Shown here in pieces: positions 40,675 to 53,429 of a DNA stretch of 64,000 bases. How positions within the stretch are numbered: the stretch's first letter is position 1; each line of letters opens with the position of its first letter. The notes under the pieces were generated by a model. That model worked only from the letters and a program-made list of their open reading frames with translations, had not been told where the DNA came from and did not search any database. A program made the position numbers and the translations under genes. The stretch is from Microthyrium microscopicum. Lineage: Eukaryota. The stretch covers positions 7,540 through 71,539 of the forward strand of contig MU004232.1 in the NCBI GenBank assembly GCA_010405405.1. Direction: 5' to 3'.

Positions 40675-41186
40675 TGTTACAACCGTGACCAGATATGACG
40701 AAATTAAGAGAATGAGGATGAACAGAAATAGAATGGAGCGTTAGGGTACAGCGACACGCAGGTAAGGTATGGAAGCGACTGCCGAAAACTTGTAGTGTAT
40801 GCCGAATTAATAAAAGGAGAATACCTTATTTATATTGCGTGAACCAAAAACTGGGCCGACATGTAGGAACTTATACTTCATAGCGTGCTTGGGCCAATAA
40901 GAAATATACTAATGTTGATTACTTCCACCAACATCAGTCAAGCACAGCCCATTAACCTACGGTGTTTCAAGAAGGGGCCGATTGAAAGTTGCCTTGAAAT
41001 TATGTGTGGCACAGCTCTCACCATATTTGATAGACTATCGTCTTGCCGATTTCAAATGCTTTCGTTCTTATAAAGTGCATGGAAGGTAGATAATCGAGTA
41101 CAAAGAGAAGATATGTCTCGTGCTGGATTTCCTGAGAGTGCGCTGGGCAGTAGAATATTTCTCGATTAGCAAGTGCTTCATCTTGT

Positions 41187-44100
41187 TCAATCCAGCAACC
41201 TCAATATTGCAGCATTGTCATCGCAATGCTTCCGTGCATAATCCGCAGGCGTAAAACCACCTTTGTCAAGCACATCTTTGGGCAAACCTTTCTGGATTAA
41301 ATGTCGCGCAACATCTGTTGCTCCTTGTGCCGCAGCGAAATGCAACGGTGTCGCTCCTTGCTCACCACCTTTGACACTCACCTTTGCACCTTTTTTGATT
41401 AGAAGCAGTGCTACGTCCCAAAGAGCATGGTATGAAGCGATGAGTAGTGGTGTCAATAGGTCCTTTCTTTTACATTCTGTATCCGCCCCTCGCTTCAACA
41501 GTAGCAAGGCCAGACTCTCCATCTTCTGATCGATAGCGAGGTATAAAGGCGTGGAACCATCTTTGAGTGGGATATTCAAGAGTTTCGGCTCATGATCAAG
41601 CAATTTCTCAACAATGTTCAGAGGTACACCTTCAGTTTCTACTGCAGCGTGCAAGGAATTGATCTTCCTAGTTCCGCATGTGACTGTAACGCTGGCTCCG
41701 TACTCAAGCAATAATTCTACCATCTTCAGGTCCTTTGCGATGATGGCATGCATGATAGGTGTTTCTTTGTCCTTGTTTGGCGCATCTACTTTGGCTCCTC
41801 GTCTCAGCAGAATACGTGCGGCTTCGTGTCGTTGTTCGTATTGAACCATTCGATGTAAAGGTGTCTGAGACCACTTGTTCCAAACCTCCAAGGGCGCTCT
41901 ATGAGAAAGTAATGTATCGACTGATTCCGCACCACCAGCAAGATGAAGCGGTGTATCATTTGTACTATTCTTTGCTTTCACAGAAGCACCCTCTTTGATA
42001 AGGAGGCTGATAAGCTCTGGCGAATCTTCCTGAGCAGCAATATGAATTGCTTGGTTGTCTTCCTTGTCTGTTGCCGTGATTTTGGCCCTATTCTTGAGAA
42101 GCAATTTTGCAGCCTCCAAGTGCTTTTGCTGTGTAGCAAAATGTAGTGCTGTGAGGCCAATATCTGTTTTCATATTGACAATTGACTTGTCTGCTTTCGA
42201 GAGCAACGCTGCAAGAACTTGAACATCTCCACCAAAAGCGGCTCTATGAATGGGTGTTGCAAGATTGATATCTTGCACGTTGACGGAGGCTCCGTGACGT
42301 ATAAGCAGATTGACGATACCTGCATTTTTGACCAGAGTTGCCTCTTGTATTGCAGTTGTAAACTCCGGTCCGGATCTCTGATTGATCGGAACTTTTCGTT
42401 CCAGAAGGAAAGCTACCATTTCTTCCTTATTTGCTCGAGCAGCGAGTGAGAGAAGACTGAACTTCTCATGCGTTTCCGTGATATCAGCTCCACTCGCAAG
42501 CAGTTCTTTAGCAATTTCGACTTGACCATCAAAAACAGCAAGTGTCATGGCTGTAAATTCTGTTGTAGTTTTGGCTGCCAGGCTGGCTTTCCTCTTCAAT
42601 AGGGCGCGCACTATATCCAGGTGCCCGCACTCGATCGCCCGGATAAGAGCTGTTCTTTTCCATTTTTTGTCGACAGCTTCAATATCAGCCTTTTTGTCAA
42701 GAAGTAAGTTCAGGTTATCAACACGATTGTCTGAAGCGGCGTGGTGCAACGGATATAAGCCTATTTCATCCTTGGATTGAACATTCACGCTCGCCGCTGT
42801 TCGTGACAGGACAGATAAAACATCAATACTCTCCCTTGAAGCTGCCCAGTGAATCGGCAGGTATCTCTCATCGTCCAGTGCATTCGTATCTGCTTGCCAA
42901 CGAATAAGGAGCTCAACTGCTGGGGCACTTTGGCTCACTATAGCCCAGAAAAGAGCAGTACGATGAGTTTTGTCATACACGTCAACCTTCAAGAGTAAGC
43001 GAAATTCACCTTGACCATCTGTTGGGTATAAGACCACAAACCTTGGCTCCATTCTTCAAAAGCACTTCCATGGTCTTGTAGTGGCCAAACTGGGATGCAT
43101 TATGGAGTGGCGTGAATTTGTCATCGTCCAGAGTTTCTATATCAGCTCCATGTGCCAGCAGAAGTTCCACAAGCTCGAATTTCCCGGAGAAAGCTGCCTG
43201 GTTCAGTGTGTCCATACCCTCCTTTCCCGGCGCATTGATTGATGCGCCTCTTTCGATCAGCAATTTCGCTATGGGCATGGATCCATTCTCGCAAGCCCAA
43301 ATCAGAGCTGTCTTGGCTTCGTTATCCTGGATTTCCGGAGCAGCATCACAGTCCAGAAATCTCTCTACTAATCCAATGTTGTCCTTTTGAACTGCAGTAA
43401 TGAGCGGAGTGATATTTCCAGGGGCCAGATAGTTCACGTCATAGCCTCTCAATAGAAGCCGATCAATCAGGTCTGCGTCATTACTTTCTATTGCTTTGAT
43501 CATACTAGATGCCAAAAAAGCAGTGGTTTCTTTGATTGGTCCTGTCTGGTCCACTAAGACAAAGATTAGAGTCATCTAGCTGTCCAAGGTAAATATTCAC
43601 ACGTACACATGCTGATTTGTGGTGCTTTTGCGGAAGTTGGTATCATTCCCCCAATACTGAGACGGCCAATGCCCGCGGACGCACCGCTGGTAGTAGGTGA
43701 TGGGGGACTTGTCGTCAAGTTTGGGTTAGCTTTCCGTAAAGTACCAGTTCTTTGAGCGATATTGTTCAGGACACTGGTATTTTTATGAAGAAGGTCCTTG
43801 ATACCAGCAAGTGATTCTCTGATACCAAGTCAGCCCATGCTTGCATGAAAGAATGCTTTACTAACGTTTGCAAAGCCGATAACAAGAGATTCAGGCCAAT
43901 TTGTTGGCCTCTGACTTGAGCAAGCAGCTCTTTCAGATGATCTTGTTGCCATATTACCGTGACTTTGGAATACCTCGTCAGTTGACTAGCCTCTTTCCCA
44001 TTGGTTATTTTCAATAACTCCTTTTCCAAGACGGATAGAACCAGCGTACATCCATTTAAACCTGTATCAAATGCGGTACGAAAATTGATCTGGCTAATAC

Positions 44101-44372
44101 CAGACAATCGTGATGTTAGACTATCAGGGTTATGGACGGCAAGGCTTTCGATTTGCGAGAGGGCGGCTGAGAGAACTGTAGTTTCTGAAGAAATGGACGA
44201 GATAGCAAGGGGCGCGTCATTGTAGGCTGAAATAAGATCCGATGTGTATTTCGCAACCTGTTCATCTTCTCATCAGCCCACGAGTTGGAGTAGTAGGGAA
44301 ATATTTGCAAGAAACCTTTGCGCATGTTCCTATCAATCCACCGACGGTGGTTGCAACCGAGATCGGATCCAT
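41187..44372 (-). CDS. N-terminal HeLo-like/SesA-like (fungal STAND N-terminal) domain fused to a long ankyrin array (5 exons)
   Basis: MDPISVATTVGGLIGTCAK...YNDAPLAISSISSETTVLSAALSQI...LVLSVLEKEL...IW..DHLKELL; about 20 or more TPLH/TAL-type ankyrin repeats; no P-loop seen. Confidence 0.85.
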
Positions 44373-45099
44373 ACTTTACCCCTGCTTCCAGTCCTGCCGG
44401 TGTAACATAAAAGTATAAAGATACGGGAGCTTGGCAAAGCTTGTTTTGCTCGGTGCAGAATGCCCAGATTCAGGGGCGCGTCACGGCGTTAACAGGTCAA
44501 CTCGGTACCGTATGTGCAGGAGGTTGGGTTTCGATAGAACAAGTCACGAAACTCTTTGCTTTGAAGAAGAGATCGAGATAACCCAAGTATCACGTGTAGG
44601 AGTAGTCTAGAACCGATATATCTAGGTATCCCAATACACAGCCAACCACGCGTCCTTCTTCAACAACAAATGGGGCTGGAGATGAACTAACAACCAACAT
44701 CTTCATAGCCTACAGCGCACTCAAAAAAGCATACAATAGCTGGAGTAGCGAATGGAGTTGTACGCATGTTGGATGAAGCTTAATTCGATGGCTAAGCCTC
44801 CTTCTGCAAAAGCGCACTACGACAAAAGAAGCTAATGCATCACTCGACGCGCCCACTGCCACTGGGCCACTGCATGTGGAATCAATCCCGTTTGAGGCTA
44901 TGGGAACCTGATTTGGACAAGTCTTCGACTAGAAGTAATCATGCACCTTATTACATGTCGGAAGCAATATGGACCTGGATATGGCAACTGAAGTATCACT
45001 CGCACATGCCGAGGCGTAGGTATATTCCTTATAAAATAATTCTAACATTACTCCCAGAAAACAATAATCATCTCCAGTCAGGAGTCAGTATGTCACAGG

Positions 45100-47359
45100 C
45101 TACGCAGTACCTTGCGTCCGCTTTCTACGCTTCCCTTTCATGTCCTTGGATATTTGCTGAATCAACTCCTGGAAAAATCGCGCCGTTTCAGCAATGGGCA
45201 AAATGATACTGATTGCCGCACTACTAAAAACCCACAAGAAGCTGATGACGATCCATCCAGTGAAAAATCCTTTGGAAAAGACGTAATGGCTTAGAAACAT
45301 TGGAATAGGAATCAAGAAGTCCATCAAGAATGTCAGTATACCAGATGCCCAGCATGCAAGTTTAAAGGCTGATGCGAGCTCTGAAGGATGATGTTCAATA
45401 TTTGCATCAAATGACGCTTCGTACTCTTCGTCCCGGAGGATTGGGTCTTCTGTGGTGGATTTCTTAGGTTCGGCCTCCTTTGGCTTTTCCAAGTCGGCAT
45501 TGCTTTCATCTGGTGTATCCAATCCGCTGTTCTTCTCAGTTGGAGGAGATACGCCATCCAGCGTCCTTGGAATTGGATTAATGTTTCGAGTTATTTCCCA
45601 GTCAAAATTGTCCGGTTTGATCAAACTGACGACAACAGTAAGTATCAAACCTGTCATTACCGCTGCCAGATTTCCAGCCAAAGTAGGATAATTCTGTCCC
45701 GTTGAACTGACGGTAAGTTCTCCATAATATACTTTAGCTTCGATCAACCAGGCTGCAATGCCCGCAATCAGACCTCCAACTGCTCCAGCGATTGCACCTG
45801 CTTTACTTTGTTTCTTCCAGGTTATGGCAAATGCTGCTGGAAAGACTGCACCTCCAATCAAAAGTCCCATGACTAAGAAGAGCCAACCAAGGTCGATACC
45901 AATAGCATTCCATATGATTGCGAAGATGGCCATAACCAAGCCGAAGATGCAGATATTGACATGTGCAACAAGAATGAGACTCTCTGGGGAGGCCGCTGGC
46001 TTGATGTATGATTTGTAGACGTCGAATGTCAAAATGGAGCTTACTGCAATGAGCTCTGCGGAAGCGCAAGATGTGACAGCCATGAATAGAGTGATGAGTA
46101 AAGCGACCGCTCCGGATTTTCCGAGAAGTGCACTAGCTGCAAACGCAGAAGCCAATCCAGCTGATACTTGAGATGAAGTCATGGCATCAGGATAGGTTGG
46201 AAACTTGGGGTTGTCAGTCAATGCCGCGGCAGCCAGGCCTAAGGTGGTTGCAAAACCAAATGGAATGGCAAACCAAGCCATGCCTCCAAGAATGTATGCT
46301 CTAACGGCTGTTTTAGGTCGACTTGCAATGGCGCGTTGCCAGTAAGCTTGGTCCAAAAAGACTGTTCCAGAGCCGGAGCAAAGTTGAATGATACCAAACA
46401 CAAGAGCTGAGTTCGACTTCATTGTGAGATACGATCCATCTTGATTGCCATCAATAGGACGCTCAGAGCTTGCTTTCTTGAGCAAGTCATACATCGCCGA
46501 AGGGGATCCAATCAGGCCATCTCCAGTGTATACTTCAAACATAAAGTATAGAATGATAACCATGAGAATAAGCGTATGCGAATAGTCACCTAGGGCAGTA
46601 TCAGCATTTGTCGACTACCAATGCATAACATGATTCAAGGGGCTTACAAAGAAAGGTAGCTCTCAAGCCACCCAGAACGACATAAACGCAAACTCCCAAT
46701 GGAATGAGAAAGATAGCAGCATAAACATTCATCCCAGTTAAAGCTGTAACCACTGCACTTCCACCAAGCAATAGCTGACTGCCAACCAAGATATTCGTGA
46801 CCAATGCGAAGAATAGGAATACCCAATGAGTAGCAGTTCCATATCTTACTTTGATGATTTCTAGAAATGTATGGCATCTTGGAGCGTTCATCTTGGTTTT
46901 ACAAGCAAGGACTGCAAACATCAGGATTTGGACAGTCGCGCCAGCCGCATACCTTGATCAATTAGTTGATGATCCTCACCTCCATCCTCACTGGAGTCCA
47001 GTCTCGCTATAGAAGTATAGAGTGCTTACCAAAAAGGACCAGCTACACCATATGTATACGCCACCGTACTGCTCTGTAGCAAAGTTGCAGCCCATGTCCA
47101 GGCAGATACAATACCCGCAGCGATCAGTCCTGGTTTCACTGATCTCGATGCAGTGTTGAATTCTTCACTGGTCTTTGTCGAGAAGCTGGTATATTTATTC
47201 TGCCTGATATTAGAATCATACACTCTTGGCGCCCATCAATAAGGTACTCGCCTGAAGTAAAGATATTCCCATCATAACGAAAGCAAAGAAGAAGCCGATT
47301 CCAACCACAACTCCATAGCCAGCTCCCACCGGAAGGATTGGCGCAAGCTCAACAGCCAT
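45100..47359 (-). CDS. DUR3: Urea active transporter (sodium:solute symporter family), 4 exons
   Basis: [64 protein letters not shown] motifs. Confidence 0.93.
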
Positions 47360-47559
47360 GATGAAGTATACTCAGCCTGATGGCTATTACTCGATCTATA
47401 TCTGTTAAACAGAAGCCACTTGGCCGGTGCCTAGTATTAACGAAAAAGTGCAAAGACCAAGTTAAAAGGAGAAGTTCAAAGTAGAAACATATTCATTCAT
47501 TTGGGTAGTACTAAATACTACCTAGTACTGTACTAAAGGTTCTCTGAAAACGAACTTAG

Positions 47560-48085
47560 GTTGATTTCCTTATCAAAACGCCCCACACTTGTGATACATG
47601 ACGTCGGCCATGAACTGGAAGATCAACTAAAAGCGGGTTGGGACTGTCAGCATCGGCTGATTATTGCGATAAGGGGAATTGGCGAGCTTTTATCAACGTC
47701 GCTTCAATGCCTAGTAGTGATGTCTGTGGCCTCGATTATTGGTGCCATGCCTGGCAAAAAGCGGCATTATCCTTGGAATCATGCGGCTTGTATGCCAATC
47801 TGCGGCATCAACGAAGATCGCCGCCTGGGTTACAAGCTAAATATCATTATATGAACCACAATCAGCAATCCAGGGCCCAAACTGTGACAAGTCTCTTTCG
47901 TTAATTTTGATATCTTCATACTGCAAAATGTCCGGATATAAAGGAGCTCCCGCCGTCGGTCCAACTTTGCCCTTGTCTCATATTTTATCACTCAAGTTCA
48001 CCTTGAGCTCATTTGAAGTGAGACTTCTTATGGCAGCCTGGAATTGTATTCGATTTGCTGGCTGGCCATATTGGGATAAGACCAA
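47560..48085. promoter_or_regulatory. Cluster of GATA sites upstream of DUR3 (putative AreA/NIT2 nitrogen regulation)
   Basis: CTTATC 47569, GATAAG 47668, TTATCA 47690, TTATCA ~47985, GATAAG 48075. Confidence 0.5.
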
Positions 48086-48387
48086 TTTTGTACGTGGGAT
48101 TATTTGACGTGCGATTTTAAGCGAGCTAAATAGAATCCCAATTTACCGAGTAGTCGGGCAACTTGTTGAAATGGAGTGGCCATTTACGGTAGAAACCAAG
48201 GGCGGGAAATCGGGAAGGGGTATGTCACATGAAGAAGCGATCACAGTATACCTGAATGGGACTGCTATGGAATGACAAGTCATAAAATTTGCTTACTTGC
48301 TACAAGAGCTTTTCTATCTTTCGCTATTTGTGGTTATGAACCTGGTATCTTGCGCCAATTTCCAGTGCAAAAGCTGCTTAAAGATCG

Positions 48388-50448
48388 TTAGGCAGGCTTT
48401 CGTCGAGGAATTGTCGAATTTGGCTTCAGATTTGGCTGACTAGATGAGGAGCGCAAAGAAGATTTAGGAATATTCAGCTTGTTTGAGGCGGCTGGAGCTG
48501 CCGACTTACCTTCTCTTCCTTGATAAGTGACTGATTGGTTCTTGACAGTCTTGCCCACAGTAGAAACTTGACTAACCAACATACTAAAGTCCATTGTATG
48601 AATAGACTCTTGCAGTTCACCCATACTTGCTGTTTGGATGAAGAGAACTTTTCCTGCGGTGAAGCCATCATGTAGTAGACGTGTGAGCTGGCTGTCTCGC
48701 CATGGGACAATCGTTTTCGGCTTTGAGGAGAGCTGAGCTAGAGCAGTCAGTACTGTCTTCAAAGCTGAAAGACTGGAATTGATAGCCTGGGTTTCGGCTC
48801 GGTCGATGGTTACATTTGCCAGAGACTCTGAGCCAGCGAGATCAACAAATGTGATAGCGCTACGAGTGGTGGTCATGGCATCGTTTGCACCTGCTGAGGT
48901 GGAAACCATTTCGAGGCTAAGGAACATATGAGATCGAGAACTGGTCAAGTTCTTTTCTGTGGAAGCTTGCGATCTGTTTGCTGATGCGAGTTCCAGCATC
49001 TCTGTGACAGCTGCAGGAAACTCGAGAGCCATTGTGTTCACACCGAGAAGTTCTGAACGGATTGGCCACATGCCACGGCAATCACTGGAGACTTTCTGAT
49101 TTTGACGTCCTTCTGGTGCTAACAAATCATACACCTTGTCCTTGTAAACCTCAATACAGCGACCTCGGACTGCGAAATTTGTCGCCTCACTTTGCAATCT
49201 CTCGAAAACTTTTGCTACGCTCTGGTCAAGCATTGAGCTCATGGTATATGTTTTTCCACTACCAGTTTGACCATAAGCCAGGACCGTGACATTGTGGCCT
49301 TGAAGAGCAGCCTCAAGCATCTCAGATAAATCGCCAAAGAGGCTAGAGTTGGAAACTTCTGGAGTGAAGACGCGATCAAACGTAAAGACCTTGTCAACAT
49401 TGCGAACATCCTTTACGCTGATGCTACTACCACCAGTAACAGTAATGGGTTGTTTCAACATACCCGCTTGTGCTGGACGTAATCGAAGCCAGGAGCGGAA
49501 ACCTCCTTTACTGTCAATAAGATCGAGTTGAAGCGCTTTGATCTGGGCTTCCATGGCACTCATCTTCTCAAAATTTGCGCTACGCTCTGCGGCGAGGTTA
49601 TGCTCGTACTCGATTGCCTTCTGTTTACATTGAACGTTAGCAGCGTTAAGTTCCTGATTCAACATGGTAAGAGTTGTTTGCAAATTATGTGAGGCTCGCT
49701 CGTTGCTGTAAGACTTGACGACCAGTAACGCATGCTCACTTTCAGTTTCCCGCAATTTCTTCTTCAGCTGGGATACTTCCTCTAGCGTCTGAGCATCATT
49801 GATTAACTTCTTGTCGTTAGCATCGGCTTCGGCCTGGGCATCTGAGAGTCGTTGCTGGAGAGAGTCCACCTGCGCCTCAAGATCATTGATTTTCTTCTCA
49901 AGATCAACGTTGTCTTTCGCGAGAGCCAACAAGTCGTTTTCAAGTTCAACTTTTTCGGCTGCCAGCTTTCGGTAGTCAGCAGTAGCTGAATGCAATTTGG
50001 AAAGTGTTTGGGCATGGAGAGCAGATTCTTGGTCAAGTTTTGAAGTCAAACTTGCAACGTCTTTCTGCTTGCTCCCCATCATCAGATGAATTTCATCTTG
50101 CGAGTGCTCTAGGTATTGCAACTCTTTTATGAGTTCCACAAGTCTAGCTTGATTGGCTGCACTATTCCCTTGTAGTCTGAGATTTCTAATCTCCATTTCT
50201 TTGTCCAAGGCATTGTTCTTAACCTGGCAGCGAAGTTCTGTCAAGAACACATCGAAATCAGAATCAGAAGTGTTTCTCGTACTCTTGTCATTCTCTCGAG
50301 AATCGAAGCGATTGGATGTTTGAGGTTCAGAATGGGGACGATCAGGAGACGGGTCGTTGGGGGCCTCGATAGTGATGGTTGGCGGAATGTTGAGGTCTTT
50401 AGGCTTGAAGAACTTCTTCATTGCGGGAAAATTGATGCCGGGAAGCAT
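48388..50448 (-). CDS. Divergent C-terminal-motor kinesin (kinesin-14/Kar3-like), single exon, 686 aa
   Basis: Coiled coil then KGGFRSWLRLRP neck, FTFDRVF, AYGQTGSGKTYTM P-loop, NLTSSRSH switch I, VDLAGSE switch II, VPWRDSQLTRLL. Confidence 0.9.
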   Translation of the reverse strand: MLPGINFPAMKKFFKPKDLNIPPTITIEAPNDPSPDRPHSEPQTSNRFDSRENDKSTRNTSDSDFDVFLTELRCQVKNNALDKEMEIRNLRLQGNSAANQARLVELIKELQYLEHSQDEIHLMMGSKQKDVASLTSKLDQESALHAQTLSKLHSATADYRKLAAEKVELENDLLALAKDNVDLEKKINDLEAQVDSLQQRLSDAQAEADANDKKLINDAQTLEEVSQLKKKLRETESEHALLVVKSYSNERASHNLQTTLTMLNQELNAANVQCKQKAIEYEHNLAAERSANFEKMSAMEAQIKALQLDLIDSKGGFRSWLRLRPAQAGMLKQPITVTGGSSISVKDVRNVDKVFTFDRVFTPEVSNSSLFGDLSEMLEAALQGHNVTVLAYGQTGSGKTYTMSSMLDQSVAKVFERLQSEATNFAVRGRCIEVYKDKVYDLLAPEGRQNQKVSSDCRGMWPIRSELLGVNTMALEFPAAVTEMLELASANRSQASTEKNLTSSRSHMFLSLEMVSTSAGANDAMTTTRSAITFVDLAGSESLANVTIDRAETQAINSSLSALKTVLTALAQLSSKPKTIVPWRDSQLTRLLHDGFTAGKVLFIQTASMGELQESIHTMDFSMLVSQVSTVGKTVKNQSVTYQGREGKSAAPAASNKLNIPKSSLRSSSSQPNLKPNSTIPRRKPA

Positions 50449-51690
50449 TTTCGAGGATATGGCTCCACTTGGTACTAGAATTGTGTGAGGTATCGATGAT
50501 ATAGGGTCGGCCTGCGACTTGAATGTATATCGAGTCCACGGGTTGCTTTGAGCAATTCAGACAGTATGCTGATCTGAGGGTATATATTTGCAAAGTTTTC
50601 AACCAATGCCTTTGTCTTCTGAAGTGTATATCTTTTCTTTATGGAACACAATGACTTTTCAGTTCTTTATCCTGATATCGTCATTTTGACATACTACAAG
50701 CGCTTGGTCCTAGGAGTTGTAGTCCACTCTTGTTCTGAGCTCTAATATGAGAGAAAGGAGACTCAACTATGATGCTCTAGATGATTCTGATTGAGGTATC
50801 CCTCCTTTTTCACTAGAGCGTCTTTTAACTGGTATAATTGGCACTGCGTTTGCATGAATGACAAGATTGCTATATATGATAATCAGTAGCGTGATTGAAT
50901 GGTTGCAACACCGGCAAGTTCGTTATGAGAAGAAACTGATTATTAGTGATTATGTCGTACTTGCAAAGTAATTCATACTGCTTTCTTGACTCCCGTTCTT
51001 CCAATTACTTATTACCACTACACGCTTATGAGTTAGTTCCCTCTTATCAAAGTTGCACAATGGCATCATATATACCATAGCGTGGGAGGGGGGGTAGAGG
51101 GAATGATATCAAGTGATTTCTAGATAGACATTTTGGCGTCATGAAGTCCAAAATAGTGCTTTACAGAACTAACCTGTCTTTATTTAAGATTATGTCTTAA
51201 CAATGTCTAGCAAGAGATTATGTTAGTAGCGAAGAAGGATCACGACAAGAGACGAGGAAGGAGCAAAAGTCATAATAGGTAAGAATAAGTAAGAGAAGTT
51301 TTGCCTAGTCTATATGTACTAAAATTGCTTATTTGCATAATTAGTATTCGTGAAACTAGTAGAACTTTGACTGCTAAATCTTGCTCATAAGTAAAATACG
51401 AGCCTAGCCTAATTTGTAGAGTAAATTACCGTAATATAAAGAGTCATAGTTCTGACATTATAGAGTTTTCTTAGCCACTTTGTAACTTTATAACTTTAAT
51501 CACGATTGCCTATTTAGGCAATCTTTTTTTATATTTTCTAACGCCTTAACATTATCTAGACATGTCTTTTTGCAAAAATGCTGTTAATCCTTAGACATAA
51601 TATCAAAATTTGGCATGAATTCCTTAGGGGATACAGTGGAGAGAACCCTTGCACAAAATAGTAGAGACATAATACTAGACATTATTTGCT

Positions 51691-53429
51691 CTACCCCCCG
51701 TTGCACGCTATAGTAGGCTTGAATATCCCGCAGCGATAATCAACCACCTGTGGATCAATTGCCACTAGACCTCCACTACCGTCAGCCCCCAAGTCGCCGA
51801 GATCAAGAATAGATGCATTTGTTGAGGCAGACCTGGCAGCCACCTCTTTCCAGCCGGGTCCACCCAATGGGTCTTTTGCAAAAGATGCCCAAGCATGTCG
51901 CATGTAACTTCCCAGTTCAATTTCTTGTGTAGTAGAAGTATTGAGCGGGAAAGTATTGAACACCAGAGACAGTTCGGAAGCATGATATACTCCAAGATCA
52001 AATCCTGGAACTGGCTGTGCGTTCGGGAACGAGGCATTGTAGTAATACCGCCAGGAGGGTATTCCTACTTCCACTGAAGCATTTGCGAACAAAGCAGCTG
52101 GCTAAAGTAATATCAGTATTTGCCACATTCTGCTTATGGCTTTCACACTCACACATTGAAAATAAACCTCTGTCAAGATTTGAGATGCTTGCAAATATGG
52201 AGTGTCGAGACCATCCTTTCCAATAGGATATGCTTCATCCAGGAGCGGCCAAAGCTGTGGAAAAGGACCAAAGTACTCTTCGTAAAAGTCCGTGATGTTA
52301 TCAATGCCAACTACAAAGACTCTGCCTTCTTGAGCGTTTGATCCGATCAAGGTAGGAATATTTGCAATCAGTCCTGCTTCTCTTGCCAGTGCAGGATGTG
52401 CGACAACAGTTTTGTTATCAACTATTGGGTCGAATATAAGTTCTTGATGCTCAATGATACTCTTAATAGTTGCCGCAGGCGCAGCTCTGACACATTCCAG
52501 TTCGCTTCCTTCTGTGCAATTTAGTGCCATTGAAAGGTTATGCCATTCTTCAGTGCTCGGTGTCCAAACTTCGGGGCGATAGGAGATTTGACCACTTTCC
52601 AGAATTGCGGCTCGGAAGGGAGGATGTGATCCATTCGGATAGCTTGTCAGTAATGCGTCAATAGAAAAAGCTCCGGCTGATTCTCCAAAGATGGTGACTT
52701 TTTCTGGACTTCCGCCAAAAGCAGCAATGTTTCGTTGAACCCAATCTAGTCCTGCTCTTTGATCCAAGAATCCAACATTCTTTTCGTCGTCGGGAATTTC
52801 TGGTGAGTTTGGAAATCCGAAAACTGTATTCTTTAAGTATCAATCTCAAGATCAAGACACGAAACTTACCATTCGTACGGTAATTACTGGTGACAACGAT
52901 CACATCCTCGTAGGCTGCAAAAGCTGAGCCGTTATAGTATATTGATCCAGCATTGCCGAACTCGAGGGATCCTCCAAAGATCCAGTACATGACTGCCCGT
53001 CCTCCAGTGGGGGCAGGGGTTGAAGGTGCATAAACATTCAAGTATAAACAATCTTCGCTTTCTTCTGGTGGTGGGTTATTGAAAACTATTTCCGTAAAAT
53101 TCCTACTGGCCTCTGGGTCTTGAATGCCGTTAGCGAATGCCTTTCCAAGGCCTCTTATCCTTACAAACGAATTCCTGTATGCAAGCTGGTTTCCATGCTG
53201 TGGTCAATAGTGGTTGATCCCACGAGTCAGGGAGCTCTGGCGGACTAAATCGCTCTGGAGGAGAATCCGCGAAAGGTATTCCTAAGAACTGATTGACTGC
53301 GACTGTAGAATTTGGTAATGTCACCGAGACTCCGATGACAACACCGCTGTCTATTGTAGCCGACGGCTGTTGATAAAGTGTTCCACGAGCTGCAATGCTC
53401 AATGAACCAAGTAGATGATTTACCCTCAT
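51691..53429 (-). CDS. Type-B carboxylesterase/lipase, probably secreted (4 exons)
   Basis: FLGIPFA, SEDCLYLNVYAP, NYRTN, FGGSPEKVTIFGESAG nucleophile, SNAQEG, GVYHASEL. Confidence 0.92.

Noticed and set aside
43006..43052. Frameshift splitting the ankyrin gene into two ORFs
   Set aside because: Explained by a GT-AG intron (GCCAAG|GTTTGT...TTGAAG|GTTGAC)
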